From a virus (taxonomy: Duplodnaviria > Caudoviricetes), in IMG/VR virus record IMGVR_UViG_3300012933_000077, positions 1-51,962 of that record: a stretch of 51,962 nt of DNA; one strand, given 5' to 3'. The notes beneath the pieces are model-generated. The model had not been told where the DNA came from. It did not search any database and saw nothing but the letters and a program-made list of their open reading frames with translations. A program made the translations under genes and the position numbers. This document shows positions 46,034 through 51,962 of the stretch, piece by piece (the first letter of the stretch is position 1; every line of letters starts with the position of its first letter).

Positions 46034-46683
46034 ACGTAATCAATATCAAATACAAAGACGTCTCGTGGTAATTCATTACCGTGAGTGCTAACTCCGTGCC
46101 AGACGTAAGGTGAGTGGATAACTAATAAACCTTGTTTTGGTTCAAGCCATGTAGTATCTTCTTGTTTAAAGAATTCTACTGGGGTATCTGCTTTTCCATC
46201 TTTAACAAATACCAAGTTAGAACTATCTGGCGGTACATTAACGTATAGAATACCAACGGCGTCTGGACAAAAGTTCTCGTGTCTATAACCAGTCATAGTG
46301 GCTAGATAATTGTCAATCTTAATATGCTGATGAACGTTACCAAACGAATCTTTCAACATACGATTAGCCCAACTACGTTTAAAATAAACGCCATTCCCTT
46401 TATGTGAATAACCCAAAGTATCTTTGACTGATAGGAATTGCTCTGTCAACCACTCTTTTAGATTATCTGCGCCAGGAAGGTCGATTAGTGGGTATGGTTG
46501 ACCAACGCTAGTCATACCACCACCCTTATGCGAGTCTCCGATTGTTTCTCTAACACGGTTTATAACAACTGGAGATTTGAATACCATATCAACACTATTG
46601 GTCAATAACTTATTCTTGTAGATTTGCTCATCGTCACATTGAATTTGAACAACTTCATGACCATAAATCTTTTCTACTTTCAT
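46030..46683 (-). CDS. 2OG-Fe(II) oxygenase-like protein
   Basis: SWAN......HQH, GILYV.VP..S.NLVF, PKQGLLVI....VWHGV..H....R. Confidence 0.75.
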   Translation of the reverse strand: MKVEKIYGHEVVQIQCDDEQIYKNKLLTNSVDMVFKSPVVINRVRETIGDSHKGGGMTSVGQPYPLIDLPGADNLKEWLTEQFLSVKDTLGYSHKGNGVYFKRSWANRMLKDSFGNVHQHIKIDNYLATMTGYRHENFCPDAVGILYVNVPPDSSNLVFVKDGKADTPVEFFKQEDTTWLEPKQGLLVIHSPYVWHGVSTHGNELPRDVFVFDIDYV

Positions 46684-48143
46684 ATCCCTATCATCCTCTT
46701 ATATTCATTAACTCTGAATTGCTCCAGTTCATACGTGTCGTACTTATCTAGAAGCTCCCGTTGAGTGTAGTTATATAAGTCATCTAATTTAAAACCATCA
46801 CTCAAAGCAGTTATCATATTGAAGCCAGCGTACTTATTCATCGGCGCTCGCATCATATTAAACCTCTTAGATATATCTAGACACAAATTAAATGATAGTT
46901 TTTCTCTTAGTTTCCATGATGAGTTATCTGTAGTGAACTTATATCCATAGGCTTCGTGGTTTAAACTGAACTCTGAACTATATCGTTCTGGAACACCCTT
47001 AACCAAACTCAATGGATAAAACCTAATCGCGTGGATTGGATTATCTTCCTTCATTGACCAAGTAATCAACTCATTGAAGTAACTCATACTGTCATGAGGT
47101 AATCCTAGAATGAAACCGCTTTCGATATTCACTCTGTTATTCCAAGTTTCGTTTAACCAATACAACCTATCAATTACTTTGTTCGGGTGTAACCCTTTAC
47201 CAATTGCTTTAGCTGAATCTGGTTGAAGAGTTTCAAGTCCAAAGAACGTACCAATCAAACCCATTTCTTGTAATAGTTGCGCTTGATGTGGATAACGGTT
47301 AATCAAGTCTATTCTAAGATATGATGCGAACTTTAACTTAAATGGAAGGCTTGTAAATAGTTTATGTAACGTTTCTATCTTATCGTTATCATCATTGAAC
47401 GTATCATCAGTGAAATAGTATGTATCCGTTCCATGAGTTTCCCAAGCTTGAACCATTTCATCTTTTACTTGATCAAAGTCACGAAGGTACGTGCCTTTCT
47501 TCTTACCGAGTAATGGATAGCTACAAAACTTACACTTGAATATACAACCTCTAGCCAATTCAATAGGTAACGCTTCGCCTGTGAAGACTTTAAAGTCTGT
47601 CCATCGAGTTGGGATATTTTTAACGTCAGGCTCAGGGTAGTTTAACGAATCAATCACCGACTCGAGATGACGGTTTGTTTTGATAGCCCCTGTAATATCA
47701 AGAATGGAATTATCGGCATTACCTAAAACATAATGATCAACTAGAGAATCAATTTCTAGGAAATATGGAGACTTAGCGCCACCGTAAATCAACTTGGCGT
47801 TACTATGTTCTTTGACATACTGTAACACTTTAATCACATCGTCATACTTTGTATAGTACATAGTATCAACCGACGATGTTTGGCTGATCTCAGATTGTTT
47901 GTTCCAGAAAAAGGTTGATGAAAAACCAACCCAAAGAGTATCATCGCTCAAATGAGGTTTGATAGCTTTTATTATCTCTTCAGGTGAAAGGTGTTGAATG
48001 AAATCAACAACAACTGTGGAGTAATTAGAGTCTTTGAGGGCAGTCGCTAAACGATATGCCCCCAAATTTCTTCTTAACTGAGCCCAACCATTATCAATCT
48101 CATTCTGCCCTGCTAGAATGATACAATTAGCCAAAGAAACCAA
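46680..48143 (-). CDS. B12-binding-domain radical SAM protein
   Basis: N-terminal GAYRLA..L......VVDF, VGFSST, LIYGGA; ELARGCIFKCKFC (CxxxCxxC), FTDDTFND, FGLET, GFILGLP. Confidence 0.85.
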   Translation of the reverse strand: MVSLANCIILAGQNEIDNGWAQLRRNLGAYRLATALKDSNYSTVVVDFIQHLSPEEIIKAIKPHLSDDTLWVGFSSTFFWNKQSEISQTSSVDTMYYTKYDDVIKVLQYVKEHSNAKLIYGGAKSPYFLEIDSLVDHYVLGNADNSILDITGAIKTNRHLESVIDSLNYPEPDVKNIPTRWTDFKVFTGEALPIELARGCIFKCKFCSYPLLGKKKGTYLRDFDQVKDEMVQAWETHGTDTYYFTDDTFNDDNDKIETLHKLFTSLPFKLKFASYLRIDLINRYPHQAQLLQEMGLIGTFFGLETLQPDSAKAIGKGLHPNKVIDRLYWLNETWNNRVNIESGFILGLPHDSMSYFNELITWSMKEDNPIHAIRFYPLSLVKGVPERYSSEFSLNHEAYGYKFTTDNSSWKLREKLSFNLCLDISKRFNMMRAPMNKYAGFNMITALSDGFKLDDLYNYTQRELLDKYDTYELEQFRVNEYKRMIGI

Positions 48144-49350
48144 CCCCTTCAGCGACAGTCAACCAACTGTTGATATAATATGACTTCATATAATCTTCAC
48201 TCTTCTCTGGGTTAGCCAAGTGTAGTTTATCTAAGTCTTGATTGGTTACATTATCCTTATTCATATCTCGCAACCTCAAAATAAACTCAGGGGTTTGGTT
48301 ACGTTCTTTAAACGTTGTCCAGAACTCACTATCAGTTCGTTTGGTTAGGTAATGTAAGTGAATAAAAATCATCAAGTCGCTATTAAAGTTTCGAACGACA
48401 TTGTTATACTTTTCGACAGCTCGTTCGCCATCCCTAATGTACATGGGGATGTATTCTTTTAAGAGTTGAAGAGATTTTACCTGAATCCAGATAGAAGTTG
48501 CTTCCATTGGTTCAGTGAAACCAGAAGCTAGACCGATGGCGATGCAATTCTTAATCCAAGTCTTGTCATAAGACCCAGCTTCAAAGTCAAAGAACCTAGG
48601 AACTGTAATTTCGTGACCGAGTAATTGTTCAACTTCTTCTTTGGCTTGTTCATCAGTTATGAAATTACTATCGAACACATATCCACAGCCATAACGACCT
48701 TGAACTGGGATTCTCCACATCCACCCATACTTCATAGCGACAGCGCCAGTATAATCTGGAATGTTACCATCGTGATCTATAAAGAACGGCATGGCTCTTT
48801 TAGCAGGTAAGTGTTTAGTGTAAGAGTTCCACGGGGATTTGTAGTGGTTACCGATAATTAAACGGCGGAGACCAGAGCAATCCATAACGAAGTCAGTGTC
48901 AACAACGTTACCAGAACGTAACGTTAGAGATTTGATACAACCTCTAGAATCTTCATTGATATCTGATACAATATCATCGATCAATTTAACGCCACGTGAT
49001 CGACCAACACCTTGTAAGTATTTGGCTAGAAGATTAGCGTCGAAGTGTAACGCATATTGACCTTCCCAGAACGGGTGGAAATAATCTTTATCATCTCCGT
49101 TCCAGTTAGTGAAGTTAATACCATTCTTAACTGTAGCCTTTGCATGCTCATACAAATCACTTTCTGGAATGTCTAAGTCTTTCAACAAATCCATAAAGTG
49201 TGGAGTTGTTCCTTCACCAGCGCCAAGGATACCTAACTCGCTACTGGCAATTACAGTAACATCAGAGTAAGGCATAAACTTCTTCAAACTCAAAGCAGTA
49301 AGCCAACCAGCTGTACCACCACCTACAACGACATATTGATACATGATCAA
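48127..49350 (-). CDS. Flavin-dependent (tryptophan-type) halogenase
   Basis: VVGGGTAGW, GAGEGT, ATVKNGINF.NW (catalytic Lys position), DCSG, GWMWRIP (WxWxIP), GL.SGF.EP.EATSI. Confidence 0.9.
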   Translation of the reverse strand: MIMYQYVVVGGGTAGWLTALSLKKFMPYSDVTVIASSELGILGAGEGTTPHFMDLLKDLDIPESDLYEHAKATVKNGINFTNWNGDDKDYFHPFWEGQYALHFDANLLAKYLQGVGRSRGVKLIDDIVSDINEDSRGCIKSLTLRSGNVVDTDFVMDCSGLRRLIIGNHYKSPWNSYTKHLPAKRAMPFFIDHDGNIPDYTGAVAMKYGWMWRIPVQGRYGCGYVFDSNFITDEQAKEEVEQLLGHEITVPRFFDFEAGSYDKTWIKNCIAIGLASGFTEPMEATSIWIQVKSLQLLKEYIPMYIRDGERAVEKYNNVVRNFNSDLMIFIHLHYLTKRTDSEFWTTFKERNQTPEFILRLRDMNKDNVTNQDLDKLHLANPEKSEDYMKSYYINSWLTVAEGVGFFG

Positions 49351-49976
49351 TCCTTAAATAAAATCTTACCGTTCTCTTCTCTAATCTTAACTTGCTCGAC
49401 TAATTGATCAACATAGAAGCTGTGCTTTTCTGGATTATTCCACATATGTTCAGGTACATATAAGTTGATAGCTGGAACGGACTGAGCAGTTCTCAAATCA
49501 ATCGCGCAGAAGTATTGGAATGCGTTTTGGCAATTGGCACGTTCGAGTTGGAACGGATCAATCAATTTTCTAATCTTAACTTGAATAACGTGATCAACAG
49601 TCATCAACAAGTCAGCTAATTTCTGAGCATTCTCTGGAACTTCCTCTAGCTTCAAAGACCCCTTCAACTGAACAACTTTACCTTCATGTGGTCTAAAATT
49701 GAACGTTGTAGAGGTACGACCTTGAGGGTCGTTCTCCAGAAAATCAAACCACTTTGGAATAAAATCCTTAGCAGGTTCGATCGAGTTCTTCAATAAGAAG
49801 TCGTTAGGTACGACCAACACAAAGGTCAATTCTCTTTCATCGACCACGTTGAATGCGATTGAGGGGATATCACCGATTTGTTGATACACGCTATAATCAG
49901 GTTCAGTAGCATAAACAAGTTTAACACCTTCTATGCTTTTAAGTAATTCAATATGATCGTGTAAAGAGTATTCCAT
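49347..49976 (-). CDS. Hypothetical protein coupled to the radical SAM gene
   Basis: TAATG overlap with the rSAM gene and 4-nt overlap with the halogenase; no recognisable motif. Confidence 0.75.
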   Translation of the reverse strand: MEYSLHDHIELLKSIEGVKLVYATEPDYSVYQQIGDIPSIAFNVVDERELTFVLVVPNDFLLKNSIEPAKDFIPKWFDFLENDPQGRTSTTFNFRPHEGKVVQLKGSLKLEEVPENAQKLADLLMTVDHVIQVKIRKLIDPFQLERANCQNAFQYFCAIDLRTAQSVPAINLYVPEHMWNNPEKHSFYVDQLVEQVKIREENGKILFKD

Positions 49977-51418
49977 TAGTTCTCCAGTCTAGATTGTCCG
50001 TAGATTTCTACGTCGTTAATCTTTCCGATTTTTTCAGCGACTACCTTAATTGGTATCACCTTTTGTTTAGGTTTTTCTTCATGTGTATATAATGTACCCC
50101 AGATGTCTTGGCGATCTAGTGGAAGACCGTCAGCTTTAATAGACATTGGAATATACCCACCAGTGATTCTAGCGAAAGCAACTGCAAATAGAGCAACGTT
50201 ATCAGAATAAGCGCTGGCGCATGTAGCGTCCCAATACTTACCATCCAAGTACATACAAGAACCTTTACACAAGTGTAGCACTGGACACTCAGAGCAGTGA
50301 TCGCGGTTCTTCCAATGTGTAACTGACTTCAAAGCAACGTTATCATAGTCGTCTAAGTTACCACCCGAGTGACTCTCACCATTCTTACTTGTTTCAACGA
50401 TAGAAACGTTCTGGCAAGTTACGATATTACCTTTGAGGTCAAGGGCGATTACATGCTCATCATCCATACCACACTTTTGACCAACATATTTTGATTCAGT
50501 GTGAGCTAATACGTCTTTGATAAAGTTATCAATCTTCTGTAGAGTGTTACCGAAGCCAATTTGACCATCGGTACTGTATAAGTCATTGAACGCTGTTCTA
50601 CGATATTCAAAATGCTCAGCATAAGTTTGAAGAGAACTACCAATGGCAGCTTCGTCGTAAGCGTCAATGAAACTACCTTCGCCGATGCGCACATCTTCGC
50701 GACCTGTAGCTTCAACGAACCACTTATACACAGCTTCACGGCTAGTGTTCTCTCTATGCATCATCGTATTGAAACTAATACGGTTTTGTTCGTGCATAAT
50801 GTTATAGAACTCTAGAATAATTTTCTTTTGTTCGGCGTCATCGAATGGATCTGGACCACGAGCGTGTTGACCAGGACCATCATGGCTAATACCAATGTTG
50901 AAGTTCATATAGTACAACCAAGAACAAATCTCACGAGTCAACAATGAGCCGTTAGTAACCATACTGAACAAAGGACGGTTCTTTTCCCAGTGGCTATACT
51001 TTTCCACAATAGCTTCAGTGAGTGGTTTTAATGTTTTCCAATAAACCAAAGGCTCACCACCCCAGAATTCGATTTTCAAACCACGTTCTTCAGTTAGGTT
51101 TAATACATCCAACTTAGCCAAGAACGCTTCGATATCTTTCTTCGATGTTTCTGGTGGACGCTCAACAAAACGCTGAGAACAATAGTCACATGTGTAGTTA
51201 CATGACAAACCCAACTGGATTTTAATAACAGCGATATCTTTAGATTTCTTTAGGGGATCATCTTTAGAGAACGCACGTGTTTCATGACGACACGGTTGCT
51301 GGATTGTAGGATACTCAAATACCTTATCGTCAGTTTCTTTCAAAACGTTCAATGTATTATCATAGTAGAATGTTTTAGTTTCACCAGTTGTTGTACCAGC
51401 AAGAATTTCAAAAATCAT
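49976..51418 (-). CDS. Radical SAM/SPASM-domain protein (peptide maturase-like)
   Basis: CNYTCDYC, FWGGEPL, VTNGSLL, ISHDGP; SPASM KCG...G.IVTC...CSECPVLHLCKGSC...C. Confidence 0.92.
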   Translation of the reverse strand: MIFEILAGTTTGETKTFYYDNTLNVLKETDDKVFEYPTIQQPCRHETRAFSKDDPLKKSKDIAVIKIQLGLSCNYTCDYCSQRFVERPPETSKKDIEAFLAKLDVLNLTEERGLKIEFWGGEPLVYWKTLKPLTEAIVEKYSHWEKNRPLFSMVTNGSLLTREICSWLYYMNFNIGISHDGPGQHARGPDPFDDAEQKKIILEFYNIMHEQNRISFNTMMHRENTSREAVYKWFVEATGREDVRIGEGSFIDAYDEAAIGSSLQTYAEHFEYRRTAFNDLYSTDGQIGFGNTLQKIDNFIKDVLAHTESKYVGQKCGMDDEHVIALDLKGNIVTCQNVSIVETSKNGESHSGGNLDDYDNVALKSVTHWKNRDHCSECPVLHLCKGSCMYLDGKYWDATCASAYSDNVALFAVAFARITGGYIPMSIKADGLPLDRQDIWGTLYTHEEKPKQKVIPIKVVAEKIGKINDVEIYGQSRLEN

Positions 51419-51435
51419 AATTTAGCCTTATATAA

Positions 51436-51843
51436 TTACCAGCAGTTACAAACGAAGCAATCGCAGTTACAGTTAATAGAGTGAGTGTTTTGAGTACAGT
51501 TGTATGTGCAGTTACAGTTACAGTTTGGTTGTAGATACTTAGTAGTACCATCACAATTCACACAATTGATAGCGTTGCAATTTAAACAGTTCGGGCAATT
51601 AACGTTACCACAATTACAATTGGATTCTGTACAATTACCATTATTACAGTTACCTTCAGTTGTTGATGCTTCATACCCCTTCGCGTGGGTGTTATCCATA
51701 TCAGAAATAACATTAACAGCTCCACCGCGAGTTGTTCTTGTGTTAGCTTTTACCCAATTTAAACCAAGTTGGTTTGTACCATTTCCAATTTCAGCATTAA
51801 TATTATTGATTGAAATTGGCTGCCCGAATGCAGGTGTTGTCAT
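51436..51843 (-). CDS. Asn-Cys-rich protein; candidate radical SAM substrate/precursor
   Basis: 65-aa Cys-free N-terminal part, then 18 Cys in the last 70 aa (16 as Asn-Cys); ends ...CNCW; AGGGG SD; 17 nt upstream of the rSAM gene. Confidence 0.85.
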   Translation of the reverse strand: MTTPAFGQPISINNINAEIGNGTNQLGLNWVKANTRTTRGGAVNVISDMDNTHAKGYEASTTEGNCNNGNCTESNCNCGNVNCPNCLNCNAINCVNCDGTTKYLQPNCNCNCTYNCTQNTHSINCNCDCFVCNCW

Positions 51844-51870
51844 TTTTGACCCCTAAAATATCTATTGTAC

Positions 51871-51878
51871 TATTTATA
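51871..51878 (-). promoter_or_regulatory. T4 late promoter (TATAAATA)
   Basis: Exact consensus 28 nt upstream of the start of the Cys-rich gene. Confidence 0.72.
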
Positions 51879-51960
51879 TGTTGTACTTATTCTTATAGTC
51901 AAGGCGGGATTTGCGGAATCCAGCGATCCAAGTATCACGTTTTTCAATGAAAACCCTAGG
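51874..51960 (-). CDS. 3' end of a gene entering from the right edge, possibly a T4-like exonuclease
   Basis: Open frame PRVFIEKRDTWIAGFRKSRLDYKNKYNI*; only 28 residues are visible. Confidence 0.45.
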   Translation of the reverse strand, partial: PRVFIEKRDTWIAGFRKSRLDYKNKYNI

Positions 51961-51962
51961 AG

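Noticed and set aside
1321-51484. The many short alternative-frame and antisense ORFs in the track (e.g. 2100..2447, 7297..7680, 14142..14483, 39762..40229, 41033..41476)
   Set aside because: They are nested in well-supported genes, have no recognisable motifs, and are the expected by-product of codon bias in long phage genes.
51500-51856. 118-aa plus-strand ORF rich in QL
   Set aside because: Antisense shadow of the Asn-Cys codon repeats of 51436..51843.
1-51962. CRISPR array, integrase/transposase, introns, inteins or alternative genetic code
   Set aside because: No regularly spaced repeats, mobile-element motifs or split genes were seen; core genes are full length in the standard code and TAA, TGA and TAG all serve as stops.

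Overview
This window is a segment of a large T4-like myovirus genome (environmental, cyanophage/KVP40-type gene set; a proteobacterial host is a weak inference from the tmRNA). From left to right it contains: (1) the 5' part of a flavin-dependent halogenase and a U32-family protein; (2) a ~11 kb array of tail-fibre and adhesin genes, with four glycine-rich tip proteins, LamG-like and C1q-like domains and two S74 chaperones; (3) a giant VrlC/DUF4815-like virion protein and the baseplate module gp8-gp7-gp6-gp25-gp5-hub-gp53-gp48 on the minus strand; (4) a plus-strand block gp4, gp2, gp54, gp16, gp26, gp51 and a tape-measure-like gene, ending in a bidirectional terminator; (5) gp32, gp59, gp33, ClpP and a SleB-like hydrolase; (6) a circularly permuted (two-piece) tmRNA with tag ANDNVFALAA; and (7) a tightly coupled eight-gene operon behind a perfect TATAAATA late promoter. 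That operon encodes an Asn-Cys-rich 135-aa protein, a radical SAM/SPASM enzyme, an unknown protein, a Trp-halogenase-like enzyme, a B12-radical SAM enzyme, a 2OG-Fe(II) oxygenase, a sulfotransferase and an APS kinase. It is the strongest candidate for an undescribed system: a phage RiPP-like modification pathway that may act on a virion-displayed protein. Two further signals are missing from the ORF track: the permuted tmRNA with a 138-nt structured insert, and a -1 slippery heptamer that would fuse gp26 to gp51 just upstream of the tape measure gene. All family assignments come from motif recognition by eye; no database search was run.
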